A stretch of 63,011 nt of DNA, the filler included, from Choristocarpus tenellus KU-1152 (taxonomy: Eukaryota; Protista; Phaeophyceae): the NCBI GenBank assembly GCA_964200185.2. It is 15 parts of 15 records of this genome, joined end to end, with 100 filler letters (N's around TTAATTAATTAA, not from the genome) between each part and the next. Parts side by side here need not be neighbours in the genome. Positions count along the whole stretch, not along the records: positions 1 to 3,485 come from CAXNAD020019710.1; positions 3,586 to 6,920 come from CAXNAD020020731.1; positions 7,021 to 16,631 come from CAXNAD020003536.1; 12 more parts are not named here. One strand, given 5' to 3'. Both the position numbers and the translations under genes were made by a program. The notes under the pieces were generated by a model. It did not search any database, was not told where the DNA came from, and saw only the letters and a list, made by a program, of their open reading frames with translations. Each line of letters begins with the position of its first letter. The stretch's first letter is position 1. Below, piece by piece: positions 1 through 13,752 of this stretch.

Positions 1-3000
1 CGTTCCCCACAAGTTTCTCGAAAGTCGAAACAATACCCGCCACGGGTTCCCAGCTTACGTCTTTAACCCGCTTCTGTTTCCCAGTTCGCACGGATCTATA
101 TCCAGCATGAATGTAGCCTTCGACAAAACTACTTTTCCTGTACTTATCAAGGGTCATAAACGCGGCGTTGTCACGTGTGTGGTCACTGGTCGGCCGAAGC
201 CAGTGAATATCCACCCCACACTCCCCGTCGTTGCTGACGCGCTCCGCTAGGATCTTGCCGACCAAGAACGGCGCCTCCGTTGCCACAAAAAAGGAAAACC
301 TGCCTTCCTGCACGGAGACGAGGTTTCCATCGTTCGCCGATGCCAAGGTAGCACGAGGCCAACCCCGTCGACGGAAGCCAGCTTCTTCCGTGACACTGTC
401 TGATGAGGAAGAGTCTGTTTCCTTGAGCCCACCGAGATCATTGTCACCGCTGACGAGATTACCTCCTCCACCCGAACGTTCGCCCTCGTCAGTGTCTTCG
501 ACATTGCTGGTACAAGATCCAGCACCATTATCATTGGTGGGAAGCCAATGGACTGGGAGGTCAAACTCTCGTTCCCCTGTCTTTTTGAGAAGCCGCACAG
601 ACTCGCTTTGCTCGTGTTTCGCTCTCTGAACGGCTTCATCGTCTGCGAAGGTGGAATCCATGAGCACAAGAACATCAACGGTATGGATGCATGAATGTTA
701 CTTTGTAACCAGGCGTGAGGTTGCACGAATGCGCTCGGGGAGCATGCAGTGAGAGGGAGGGTGTAGATTTCGTCAGATTCGTCGCTGCTGACTGCAAGAC
801 CGGTACCCTCAAGACATTTATCGGGGGTAATCTATAGTACTTTTTTATTGTGAGATGCGACGATCACTGCACATGAGAATGCAATATTTTTCAAGATTGT
901 TTTTGTAAAGGCTGTAAAGGCTGCCTCGTATAGAAGTTGCACCAGATTTTTTTGGCTGCCACTGAATACAAAAATTAGCCATCAACTCCCCACACGAAAA
1001 AATCGACTTACCCAGTGGGTATGCAGCAGCAAGGCGCACGTGCGACGCCTGGTACCGCTGCTCCACCTTCAGGATGACGTCTTCGGGAACGCTCTTGAGC
1101 TGGTAGGATGGTGCATCTTGGAAACGAGGCGGGTGGCCGATGAAGAGGTCGTGCGGAGGGGCGTTGGGGTCCATAGCAACGTCTCCGCCTATCCCACTCC
1201 ATGCGGTGCTGTGCATGTATTGCTTTACGCTAACCTTAACCCGCCCATCACCGCTTTTTTCAACGCGAAAAGCCCTGTAGCTCGTGATATTGGGAACACG
1301 GTTGACACAACCGCGAAGTAGTCCCTTAAAGTTGCCCTCGTTCCGTAGGGTCTTCCAGTAGACTGGAACCTCCGGTAAGAGGCCTGCAGCTCTTCACCCA
1401 GCTGTGTTCTTGTGAATGTGTTCTTCCCTTTGATACCACATGAGAACCTGAAGGTGAAATGCAAGCAAGTTAATTTTGAGGCAGGGACGAAAGAAACGAA
1501 GTGAAGAAGCAAGATATATATACAGGCACATGCTCTGATGCATGTATATGGAAGTATAAATATGAAAAGGGGTGATGCGTACATTTTTTCATTGTTTTGT
1601 TTCGAGAGTAGGTTACAACACAGTTTTGCCAGCTGCTCTTCTCGTGCTATTTTGTTGTGGGGAAATCAAAAGTCAATCAAACAATTGCAGTGTATGGCCA
1701 TAAACCTTCCAGAGACGCAATAAGCGTGAGCTGCAAGCCTCAAGACAGTATATGTCCGTGTAAAAACACCATGTGGCTATCGCACTTATATATCTTGCCT
1801 AATTGCCTGGAAAAGATCTGATCGATTTTGATGTTCGTGTACCCCACCATCATAAAACGTATCTCGATCGCACGAATGACACTCGCCGTGACCAACAGCC
1901 CCGCATATCCGAGAAAGAAATTGTTCTTGTTCTCTGAGACGCAGTTGTTGACCTGGCTAGTTTGGGGAGTTGGGAGCGAGGGGGGGATAGGCGTGAGGCC
2001 GATGTGTCAGCCCATTTCACCACGTTTTGTAGAGGAACAGGGCATGTTTCCAGTACTGCTAGAGCCCAAGCTCTACATCACCACCATCATACATGCAGGT
2101 TGCAACATACAAGCCAAAACTAAAGACCGTGCAGTTAGTTACTTGGTGAGCGAGTATGTGTTGAGTAGGTCGTGTCAAGATGAAACTTTCTTACCTGCCA
2201 ATGTGCGTGCTGGATGATGCAATTCCCCGCGTGATTGAGGTTGTTGTGGTACTTGTCGATAAGCCTTGTGAGGGCAAGGTGGGTGGTGTGCAGACAAGGT
2301 TACAACCTGCGCGAACGATGATGTCCATTGTTAGTTGGCAAATAGTACTCTGCTTATTTACGCATTGTTTATTTGGAGCTAAAAAGAGGGGTAATGGAAT
2401 GTGTTTTTGCAATGTAGAGCACGTACACCCGACTGGCTGATATGCATGTCTGTGGGTTTTCCTCCTCCTTGATTAGGTCTTATGCTCCTCTCGCCCTTCC
2501 GAAGCTGAGGCGTACGAGGGCAGGGGAGCACAGCGCATCATCAGTTAATCGACTGTTCACCAGGCCTGCAGTATCTGTAGGCAAATCGTGTAAGGATGTA
2601 GTCGTTCTCGGGTATCTAACCTACAGCAGGTCCACTCGCCATGACGGTAAATCAAGTGGTGCGTGCGCAACCAGCATCCATTCAGTCGTGTGATTGTTGA
2701 GCCACAACCCACAATACATACCTCCTCCAAGATTGATAGGAGTGAAGAACACCTCCGCGAACTGGCCTTCAACGTGTGCGGCCATGATCTTCTGGCGCTC
2801 GGAGTAGCCCCTGATAAGAAGGACATGAACCAAAGAAACGTGTAAAGAAAGGTGTTACGGTGCGTCTTTATCATGATGAACGGAATAGGTAGTGGAATTA
2901 TGTGCGTCTGTTTTGGTGGTTAATTCTTGTGTGTGGTTCATGCATTCGTAGAATAAAACAGGGTCGTCTATTCTGTTCTGCGTGTGACTGCAAACTTGTT

Positions 3001-3194
3001 GACAGATGGACTATGCGTGCGTGTGGTTACCTGTCACCGCCATGGGTAGGTGCGTAAAGTGCTGGGAGGGCGTGTGATGTCTGGTTCGCCGCATCTACGG
3101 ACATGAACATGAAGCCGAGAGGTTTGCCGTCGGCTTTGGCCCACATTGCGCTGCTGGTGCTGTTGGCGATGACCAGCCGATCCGCTTGGATAAT
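1..3194 (-). pseudogene. Spliced Sola-like (DUF7869-type, RNase H-fold DDD) transposase, decayed
   Basis: Exons ~3194-3031 (FMSVDAANQTSHALP), 2810-2722 (KIMAAHVEG...NLGGG), 2306-2195 (CNLVCT...HAHWQ, frameshift), 1952-1807 (VNNCVSENKNNFFLGY...FMMVGYTNIKIDQIFS), 1447-1012 (RFSCGIKGK...frameshift...RAFRVEKSGDGRVKVSVKQYMHSTAW) and ~831-1. These follow the family motif order IDxxxQ..LP / GxN / QxDNCxxENKN / GHTH..IDQxFS. Splice sites are GT-AG except one GC-AG. Confidence 0.75.
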
Positions 3195-3277
3195 CTGGCG
3201 AAAGGGGGAGAGCAACATCACGGAGGTAAAAATGAAATAAACCTGCTTAGAGTTGTAAAAAAATGGCTACTTGTTAA

Positions 3278-3485
3278 GAGTCAAAGTATCTTAGAGGGTA
3301 GAGTCGCGTCCATTTGGGAGCCAAAATCCAATGTTGCGATTTTGATGTAATTTTCGCGATCGTGTTTGTTAGGAAGTGTCAATATCCTTGTCCGGACACA
3401 CCTTTTCATGAAGTATACATTTTACCTACCCTAAACATTTTGGAGAAGAAAATGCCATTAAAAAACCCATGGGAAGTCAAGCCCC
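3278..3485. mobile_element. MITE family A (truncated by contig end)
   Basis: Starts GAGTCAAAGTATCTTAGAGGGTA; interior matches other family A copies. Confidence 0.9.
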
Positions 3486-3585
3486 NNNNNNNNNNNNNNN
3501 NNNNNNNNNNNNNNNNNNNNNNNNNNNNNTTAATTAATTAANNNNNNNNNNNNNNNNNNNNNNNNNNNNNNNNNNNNNNNNNNNN
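3486..3585. other. Artificial contig linker (N-TTAATTAATTAA-N); 14 in the window
   Basis: Identical 100-bp spacers at 3486, 6921, 16632, 19427, 22102, 25059, 28585, 33482, 36475, 41293, 44880, 49217, 57181, 60132; the 12-mer gives stops in all six frames. Confidence 0.97.
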
Positions 3586-3755
3586 GTGTCTAGGGGAGGG
3601 GGGTGGTTTGTGAGGGGGCGTCCGTTTCGGTCAAACAACCCTTTTTTTGCTGGCATTTCAAATCCGACACGTGCGACCAAATTACACAAAAAAAATGAAA
3701 ATCGAAAAAGGGTGAAAACCGGACGCTGACATCCCCCCCTCAGATACTTTGAACC
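3586..3755. mobile_element. MITE family B variant (B2), poly-G/C TIR
   Basis: Ends CCCCCCCTCAGATACTTTGAACC; interior GGTGGTTTGTGAGGGGGCGTCCGTTTCGGTCAA is shared with 60068-60131. Confidence 0.8.
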
Positions 3756-3849
3756 TTCATCATACACTACCAATAGTGGATAACTCCTTTCATTGCTGAT
3801 CTCAGTCATACTAAATTTTTGTCCTCAATGACAAATTTGAATGCTTTTG

Positions 3850-6800
3850 GTGCAGGGTGAAAGGCGCTACTACCTTGGGCCTGTCGTGGATGACCTTTTC
3901 CTCGGCACAGCCCAGTGGGTGTATGATGGAGTTGACAACGAGGGGACGGTGAGGAAGTGAATCATTTTGGAAGATTAGCTGGAACTAGCTTTGAAATAAA
4001 CATCCTCAACATCTCTTTTCATCATTTCCTTTACTGATTGCGGTTGCTGTATATGTCCCTTGTGCCCTTGCTGTCATCACCAGGAGGAGCGAATGAGCGG
4101 AGATGACATGTTTACCTTTATGATATTCCAGAACACTCTCAACACGAAGTATGGGTCCGACATTATCACGGAGTTTGCCTTCAACGGTAACGGCGTTCTT
4201 GAGCAGGTGATTCAATGCTTTTTTCCACATTGAAGCAAGGGCTCCTGTGAACATCTATTTGTAGTGTTTTAGTGCAGGTACACGTGACACCTCTACTCTA
4301 AATGATCATGCTCTATACCTTTGTCCGTGAGGTATGTGGGCACAGGTTTCGCTCCTCAATTCTACGGTGCCCAGCATTGTGCACTGTTTTAATATCTGTA
4401 CCTGCCAATCTGAAAGTGTGTAGGTGATAGTACTTCACCACCCTCCTCCTTTGTGTTTTACTAACTCTTGAAAACAGGTCAACTCTCAATACACACTGTC
4501 GTTCGATGATGCCGATATCGCTCTGTTGACAAAAGGCGAAAAGGTTCAAGGAACTGGTGAGGACGATGCGGATTGTATTATTATTAAGAATAGGCAGTGC
4601 TGTTGCCCCCACTTCAAGATATGACAGGCTTAGATCCAGAGCTGTGCAGCGAAGGTAGTATATCAAATATTTCCTTTAGAGGTTGTAATGAGGTTTGGAA
4701 AATCTTTGATATCCATCGGTTCCTCTTTGGTCCAAGCAATAGCAGGGAAAATGTGTATACATTGAACCTCAAATTCGAAAATGTGAAATATATGAGCACT
4801 GCTATGTGTCACTATGTACAATAATGACAGAAGTCATTTTCAGTCTGTGTTTTCCAACGAATCACCTCTGTCATCACCCTCTACTGGTCACCTTGATTCT
4901 GCTTCAGGAGTCACACCTCAGCATGATGAGAACTGGCTCACTACTGCAGTCCCTGGAATGCAGAATGAGTATGAGGCTGGGGGCTGGGCTAATGATGACC
5001 TCCTGGCTGCAGTTCTAACTGAAGAGGTCAAGACCACATTCCACTGGCAATCACACACCATGAGCCACCTTGCACGTGACAACCTCGGACAATCAGATTG
5101 TACTATTGAGGATACAGGTACTTAATGAAGCCAGCCAGCTGTAAGATACAAACTCCTTGTGTATCAGAGTGTGGTACAAGTTGGTTGGTTAGCATATTTA
5201 TCATTGGTTTTCACTACAAGTGTGTGGTGTATCAGAAAACAGCAAAAGCACATTCCTCCTGCACAGCTTAAGAAATGAGGAGTTAGAAGAAATTTGCCTC
5301 AGGAGCTGCTGATTGATTGGATATTTCTAAGGCAAAGCTACTCTGATGTTAGTGTACGCAAGGGCTTTGAATTGGTGGACCAACATACTCCTTCAACACA
5401 CGGTGCTGGTCGTTCAGGCAACGTGGAGTTGGTGAAAGCTGTCGGATTCTACTATGGCAATGAGAACTACAACTGGTATTCTATGACTTCCCCAGGCATC
5501 ACTGGTCTCTTCAATGAGTTCTGCCTTTCGTAAGTCATGTCTATTACCTTACGTTGTCTCCTAATATCTCATCCAATGTGTATAAGTAAAAGATTGATGG
5601 AAGGGCTTGCCAGAAATGCTCAAATCAGAAATTGGCTATTCAAACCAAGGTTTTTCTAATAGCAAGAAGGCGCATTGATTCATAATATTCTAGAAGGTGT
5701 ATTTCATCCTCATTGCAAGTCAATACTTACAACTTTTAATACATCCTGTTTCCCTTCTCCATAGGCCTCAACAAGAATATAATTTTCTCCGAATTCCTTA
5801 CTCTTACCGCTGCATTTCCTTCCACTTTCATGGATGCACACCCTTCTGCCTCTCTCTGTCTATTTCTGTTTCCCAGGAGCGGGGCCGCTGCATTGATGAC
5901 ATGCTACCCTGGTGACAACACTTACCTGCCAGGTGTCACCAGTGTCTCTCTTGTGGCGGACAACCCTTTCCATCCTCTAACTACCACGGTTAGCACCAAT
6001 GGTAAGATATTTCCTTTGTTTATATATTGGAGTAGTGATTATACCTCAGGCAGATTCTCATTTCTGATTCTTGTGCGGCTCCGCTGTATTCTACAGCTAC
6101 CTTAGTGACAGTTGTGGTAGGTTTGTGCAACATGTTAAATGCAATACACGATGAAAGAGCATGTAGGGGCACTCTCCTTGTCAAGGGTCTGATCGAGCTG
6201 TACTTTATCTTATAAACTCTGAAATCAAACAGCTCCTTTTAACACAATCCGAGACTTTCATCGATTAAACCGGAACACAGCCCCTCTCCAGTTGCCTCTT
6301 TCTCTGCAATCAATGATTTCGTGAGGGTGTGCCAAGACATACATGTTTGGTCGATAGGACAAGAGAAATGAAGACCTCTGGTAGTTGGACACAAAGTAGA
6401 AATCGTTGATGCAATATTTGACACAAACTTTGAATAAGGCAGTTCTGGTTGGTCCTTACACCCTTCTCAAGTAACCCCCTAAATAAATACCATTTCCTTA
6501 GGGTATGCTGGAGCAACTATTGTGCCACGGTTTGCTACCTTCATCTACTACAATTGTGTAACTGCGGAGGTGAGAGTCTGTCTTGTAACGATGTTTGCAT
6601 ATCAACTTATTGTTTCGCATCATCAGTACAGCCCCCTACACATTCTCAACGCAAGCATTTATATTGGGGGAGGGTTCTCAGTTGAAGCAAGCAGATCAGG
6701 AAGTTAGCTGTGAACCAGTTCTACATTGATCACTGTCCTATCACTGGTAACATGTATTTGTGATGTTCGAACACCCACAGTGCCTTGTGCAAGAAAACGA

Positions 6801-6899
6801 GTACATCAGACGTGTCGTCTGTGGGTGCACCAACCTGGATCCCTCTGCTTCCACGGGGGTAAGACCTTCCTGAAATGTCTGTGTTATCCCCCATCCACT
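3850..6899 (+). pseudogene. Heavily decayed Cys-rich transposase-like relic, possibly KDZ-related
   Basis: Stop-riddled peptides DCGCCICPLCPCCH, GFYYG...GITGLFNEF and LVTCIC; resemblance only. Confidence 0.25.
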
Positions 6900-7020
6900 G
6901 ACCCAAAGTATCTGGGAGGGNNNNNNNNNNNNNNNNNNNNNNNNNNNNNNNNNNNNNNNNNNNNTTAATTAATTAANNNNNNNNNNNNNNNNNNNNNNNN
7001 NNNNNNNNNNNNNNNNNNNN

Positions 7021-7064
7021 ACGCCAAATGGACAGCCGCCACCCCCTCACAGATACTTTGAGCC
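7021..7064. mobile_element. MITE family B end
   Basis: AAATGGACAGCCGCCACCCCCTCACAGATACTTTGAGCC; another B end sits at 6900-6920. Confidence 0.85.
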
Positions 7065-9133
7065 ATAGGAGATTCTCCCAGGCACCCATTATATAGCAAC
7101 CCCAAAAGATATCTCACCATTAGGGATGTCAGGTACCTACTGTGTGTGAAGACCTGTTTCTACCCAAAATGTCCTTCTGTATTGGACGACAAGTATTACA
7201 CTACTACTACTGCGGCACTAAAGTATTGAATGAATAGTGTATTATATCACTAGGATCATTACATCAAAAAAAAAAATTGATCTCTACTCCATGTTATTGA
7301 AAGAGATTTCTTTACAGTAAACTCAAAACGAGTGACATACATGTCATCAAACACTCAAGTATGTGTTTGTTCCATAGTTGTTGAACATCGACAGGTGGGG
7401 ATGTGGAGATTTGTGTGTGTGTGTGTGTGTGTGTTTCCCTGTAACATATAAGGGCAGTACTTGTGGGCATGGACCTCAGACACATCACGGGTTCATACTG
7501 ATCACACCTGACATCTTTGCTTGCCAAGAGTCTTCGATTTAGCAACAAATCTCCCTCCCAGTCACTTACACCTTTCCGATCAACTCCAACTGCTGCGCTG
7601 TATACACTCTAACCGATTCCGTTTCTCCTCAGATCCCTTCAACCCATGCAGGCCAGATGTTCCCCAAGGGCTTTGTGGAGCTGCGTCCATGGTTTCGAGT
7701 GACTCCTCAGCCAGATTTTGAGTAGTGAGGAGGGGAACAGCATTGATGAGATTTGTCTGGGACGGTTGCTCTTTTTTGTACTGATCAAGGCGTTGCCTGT
7801 GTGCCTTCCTCAATAGATGTTGAGGTCTCCCAGGGAGTCCATCATCCCTCTAAACAAAAGCTACGTATGTTGGCAGACTTTTAATTTTTGAAATTGCAAG
7901 AAAACATTATTAACCACTAGCTCTCACAAGAGGTTGTATACTCCAGACCACCCACGATTAGATTAAATCGGGATGGATGGATGGATGGATGCCCTTCCCG
8001 CTTCTGCAGCTTTCCAGTCTGCCGACCTTTTCCTCATCCTGCCCTACCTTCCCCACTCACACCTCTCTCCCCTCTTTGACTCACGCAATTCCCTCTGGGC
8101 TGAGACTACACACTGCGTGGTGCCACCATAGTGCTTTGCAATACTTTAAACTTTATTACACCCACTCTCAACAAACACAACTGCTCGTCGACTTGGGCAT
8201 CTTCTTTTATTCTCCACTTGTACACGGCAGAATGTCACCCCCCAACTTCTGTGTCCTTCCTCGTAGTCAAGTGGTCACCCATCACCATCACCAAGCCGAA
8301 GTGAGAGCGACTTTGTACGCTCCTCTGTGATGGCGATAGGAGGATGCAGAGTGCAGACAAAAGACCGTGACACCCAAGGCAACCAAGGGAGGGGCACCTT
8401 CACCACCTTCTACCCGTACGAACCTGTCACAGTTGAATACAACACATCGCTCTCTTGCGTTTCTTGTTCCAATGGTCACTACTACTGCAGAACAGAATAA
8501 TAATAATAATAATAGGACTCTGAGAGCTGACCGATCTCAGCAACTTTTCCCCCCTCTCCTGACTTTTGCTCACAAAAGCGAAATGCAAGAGCTCGCCCAA
8601 TCAGCTTTTTCCAAGCCTTGAACGATCCATTGAACCAATAGTGGCAACATGTTGCCAGGGCCGCCCAACTTGCAGGTCCACGAGGAGGACACGGTGGGGG
8701 TAGGCACGATCTCCCCTTAGAAGTAGAGTCTTACTACAAAAAATGCGACGAATAATCCCTTGAGTCATAGTACTTCGTCAAAACTGTCAATAAAAAAAAC
8801 TTTAAAGTCCGTTTTCTTGCCACTTGTGAGTGAGCTGCACGATTGGGTTGTGATCTGGTCTCTACCCCCTCGTGGCACTCGACACCTCATCTCAACAGTC
8901 ACCTTGTACACCTCAGTGATTTTTCTTATGCAGAGTTCGATTCAATCAAGCTAATGAAACTGGTTTGACCCAATTGCAAACAAAAAAATACTACTGAACT
9001 ACTTGAAAGTATTTCAATTCTCAATACTGCTGGGGGGCTATAGCAGCTCCACACCTTTGTTCTCCTCCATGTGACCTAGACTTTAAAAGCCGATAAAACA
9101 ATCTTTGCCACTCCCGCGAAGACTCCAACTGAT

Positions 9134-9171
<38 letters not shown>

Positions 9172-11048
9172 CCCCCAGTCCCTGTGATAGGGGAACATAA
9201 AACACGAGTAACCTTCTTCCTCAAAAAACGGTGGATGAAGAGTGTGGTCGATCACACCCAATAAAGACACCCCAATAAAATCACATCTTGAAACACCCGA
9301 GCAGGACCCCAAGGTAAGAGAGACAGGTACACACAACAGTGTCACCCCTTTCTGCTACCAGGGGGCAAGTCACATTTTATCCCATGTCTCAATTCCCCTG
9401 GTGCTTAACATTTAAAACCATGCCTGTCTGGGAAACCAGGAAGAATTCAGGTCAGAGAGTAGTGCTGCGCAAGGTGACTGTAGCACTACCCTATGATCAC
9501 GCCTTCCTGTGGCATTTACATCCGCGGACTTTCCTGCACTTGTATCCTCTGCCCCAGTCGCTTGTTCCTACATGGAAGCAGCAATGCTGTAAGTCGAGAT
9601 CGAAAAAATCGAACACACGCCTTCAACGCGCCAGTGAGACAACGCCTTCTGTCGCACAAGGGCGGTGTTAACGCCTTGCAAATATTTACCAGCAACAGCT
9701 GGCAGCAGAAAACAAATGGGTTGCAGTTGAACAAAAAAAAGGGACACATTTGATCTTCCCAGTAGGTGGGGCCGCCCCGTGGTAACAGGAAATGCCCATC
9801 TTTTACAATTGTCACAAAGTGAAACGTTGCTGGCTCGATGGCGAAGTAGTTAGGAAAGAGGATTCTGAGTGGTCAACAAGGCGGTGGCATTTTCTTCTGA
9901 TAAGGGATTGGACGCCAAGGCCTTGCCATGGCGCTTTCACTGACGGGGCATCTCTTTTTACAACCCCCCCGAAACAGCATCTGAAACCATTCCGGGAGAA
10001 CAGTTCTCGGGTGCACTAAAGTTCACCAACACACCTCCTTCGCAGGCGAAAAAAAGACGACAAAGGCCGAGGCCGACCAGCTACCCCCTCTGACTTGCTT
10101 ATTGCACACATTCCCAGGTAGATATAGATGACTATTCTTCCCTTTCCAGCTCAACAAATCAAGACATGAGCAACACAAGAAGAGAAAAATCTATAGGGGA
10201 GGCAAAGGGCTGTACATGTGTGTGCGTGTGTGTTTGTGTTGGGCAGATGAAGTGGAAAAAAAAACTAAACCCAGCAGGAAGAACAGAGTCAGGCAAGGGA
10301 GGGTTTACAAGAGAAGGTGCTACTCATGCTGGCATGGTCTTCTCATCCTCCGAGTTGTGCTTCCCTTTCCAGCACCTCCCTACTGAACTTGATCAGAAAC
10401 ACGGTCTTGTCACGCTGGCCCTGTTCCATGGCGACATTGTGAGCTGATACCCTGGCTGGCTGCAGGTGGAGTCGGGAAACAGACAGGTAGGGATTGAATA
10501 GACACAGGAAGGTTGTTGATGCCATCGTGTCAATTGACCCTGGCAGGCGTGGCGTGCCGGGGTTCTAGGCCTTTCTTCCATGAGGGTTGGGGGCCCTGCC
10601 CTCACTTGAGGGTAACATATTTCTCACTTCTCCGGTGAGCCAATCAAAATCCCCTGTACTCCTTATTTTTTTCTTGCATCCAATGAACGCGAATCAGACA
10701 CACCAAAACGAAAAGACTCACAAATGAGGCCCCATCCAGCACACCCGCAATGACCCCAGCCACAAGAGCGGCGCAGTTGAGCTGGCCCAAATCTGGTGGA
10801 ACACTCACAAAGCTGTTGGTGATTGGCTAGGTACAAAACCCCGTCCATCAGAGCCCATCATGAAGGGCACACATGGGAAGTAGTGGGGGGGTGGTGTGTG
10901 TGTGTTAAGAGAGGTACATAAAGCACAGCACAAGTTGGAGGCAAAGACCTCCCCTCCCAACCTCTGCTAAAAATAAATGTAGGGAGATGATAACAATGAA
11001 GTTTGCCTGCCAGATGTTTCGTCGTTGGCCCATAACACACGTGAGTAC

Positions 11049-11246
11049 TACTTCTCATCTGAATAAGATACTTCTCATCTGAATAAGATACTTCTCATCC
11101 GAATAAGATACTTCTCATCCGAATAAGATACTTCTCATCCGAATAAGATACTTCTCATCCGAATAAGATACTTCTCATCCGAATAAGATACTTCTCATCT
11201 GAATAAGATACTTCTCATCCGAATAAGATACTTCTCATCTGAATAA
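11049..11246. repeat. 20-bp minisatellite, ~10 copies (GAATAAGATACTTCTCATCY)
   Basis: Nine full head-to-tail units plus partial flanks, varying only at the last base; no spacers. Confidence 0.97.
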
Positions 11247-13721
11247 CATGAAAACGTTTTTTGGTACACATTCTTTCCTAGCGCTGCAAAACCGCTACAA
11301 CATATCCACAAAGATTCAACCAACCCAAGAAAAAATCAGATTGTAAAGTTTCATCAACCTACTGCCTATCGGGGCAGATTGTCACACTTAGTGGGATGCT
11401 GTGCAGGGGCTTCGATTCTAATCGGGCACATCACTTTTTTTTTTCTTAAAAGCTGACTTCAGATATACCAACGATATCCCTTGATACTCAACACTAGTTC
11501 TCAATCTCTGCCCAGGATAAAAGCGCTTAAGATGTTTGGTCCAAGTCCATCCCGTCATATCTCCTGTATTAACACAGACCAGCTCCTTCAACCTTCCCGC
11601 GAGGTGTAGGACCTCAAGCCCCCAGGGGGTCAAAACTTCCGCTGTATTAATAGTATCACCTGACATATACTGCCATGGCAATTCCACATACAGAGTCCAC
11701 CTCAATTACCTAAAGCAGTCAGGCGTTGTTTGAATCAATCTCACCTCCCTCTCATGTATCATGTATTCGTCCTCATTCTCTGTGCTCCGTTCCAGAGAGT
11801 CAGCAGTCTTCCCAAAGAGCGCCTGGATTCATCACAGCCAATACCCCCACAAAATGCCACACCGAGGGCTTGTGAGCAGAGCGCAGAACATATTGCTCAC
11901 AGAAAACAAAGGGTTAGCTAGGTTTCACTCTGCAAAAACTCAGGAGTATAGACAATCCTCGTGTCCCTAGGTAGGTGAGGTTTGAATCATGTGAAGCACA
12001 CAATGGTAAGAACGAAGGGTATCAACAAGCATTTACTTTTTTGTTCAACAAAATTTGAAGGTACACGTCATTGGCAAAAAAAGGGACAGCCAAAGCCATT
12101 CTTTTTTGCACACCTGTTACATAGCCAAAGTGTTTGACTTCCAATAGTCTCAGGGTGGGTGAGTGGTGGCAAGGGTGGGGGATCGTACGTCGTAACTACC
12201 TAGAGGTTCCAGGAATGCCCCAGGCCTTCTTTTTTTTTTTACCGTCTCTTCATGAGAGAAGCCTTCAAATGCTGTCCGGGTATCAATTCCTTGAGGATCT
12301 TGCGAGAGGTTTAATAGCAAGCATCATGAAGGTATCGTTTGAGCTCTGGGCATATCATTTCCACACACATTTTCTCATGGCAAAGTGGCAGACACATGTT
12401 GTCTTTGCCCTCTCTTGATAAGCATTAACTGTCTGTGAAGGACTGACTCAAGGAATAACAACAAAGACCAATCAGCACCCTATCAGAGGACTCCACGTCG
12501 TAGAGACATGGGAGTGCGCCTTGGCGAGACGTTGGAGATGAAATGAATCCTCACCTTCCAAACATTTGACGAAACCCATTGAAGCATCGGCAATAGACGT
12601 GTTTTCCGTTTCTGCTGTCTTTCCCTTAAGGTCAACAGCTCTAGCACACGCAAACCCATGCCATATCCGGCCTCCTCCAGTCTGTGTTTCCCATAATTGA
12701 AACGGGGCGGTGTGTTGGAAGGGATGGACGAAATATTGTAAAGAGACTTTGAACATTTAAAGTATTTCAGTTGAAAGGAGTCAGAATCCCCACGGACACA
12801 GCGAGATCACAAACTGGAAAGGATGCTGGGCAGTCAGAACTTTACCTCCATATAAACTAGGCAGTACAGTCACTATAAAATTGACCAGGTTTATTGCCTG
12901 TTCACCAACAAAGGGCGTTGGCTCCTATTGCATCAGCACTGTCCACTTATAAGGTAACAAGTAGGTGAGAAAATGTCGCGTGAAGCAGTCGAGGGGGGCC
13001 AGTAGGACTGAGAATGCAAACATCTAAGGCGGATGCCAGCTATCAATGTCACGTTTATCAGTTCCATACTCTTGTTCTTGGCACCCATTTTGTCGTGCGG
13101 GTAAGAATTGTTCTCACAAAAAATAGATCTCACTTGCGCTCCAGATCGGCGATGCTGGTAACACGGTTTTGCATGTACTGGACCATCTCCGAGAACAGGA
13201 AGCTGAAAGCGCTCAGGCTTACCTGGTTGAACAAGATGAATCGCAGTATAAGGGGCATGAGTGCACTCAGGAGACCCTTTTAATCCAATGCTATACCATG
13301 TACTAGTAGGGAGGCAATCGCGGGGTGCGTAGCGCACACGTCTGACAAAAGTTGATATAGGTATCATCTCTAAGGGAAGGAGTTGGAGAGGACGACCATA
13401 TCGGCGAAGAGCAAACGAGTTAACGAAAACATTTCACCTCCACCGGCTTGCCCCCCCTTCCAGAAGCCACAATCTGCCTATCAAGGATAGGCATTCGCGG
13501 TGCACCTGCGCGCTTTGCACCATCCATCGCAGGTGCCCAAACCTTTAAAAATTGTGTTGGGTTTGAAACGCAAGACCAAAGTTCTCAGTTGATGCAAACG
13601 CTCCACGGTGGTACGTTTATTTTTGGAGATCGTGAGAGCGGAGAGGTAGGTGAAGGGGGTTAGAGAATAGGAGGACAAGTGCAAGCGATTTGGAGGGCTG
13701 GAGGGAGAGAGAGGTAGAGCA

Positions 13722-13752
<31 letters not shown>

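Noticed and set aside
3530-3541. Recurrent TTAATTAATTAA palindrome as a biological repeat
   Set aside because: Always centred in a 100-bp N spacer; an artificial contig linker
7675-7720. Minimal hammerhead ribozyme on the minus strand (CUGAGGA-GUCACUC-GAAAC-CAUG-GAC)
   Set aside because: The cleavage triplet reads GAC rather than NUH and stem I pairs poorly; probably chance
10343-10525. HNVAMEQGQRDKTVF as a Gypsy RT motif
   Set aside because: No flanking RT motifs (FGL, YxDD) in any frame I could read
11049-11246. CRISPR array
   Set aside because: Contiguous units without unique spacers; eukaryotic context and no cas genes
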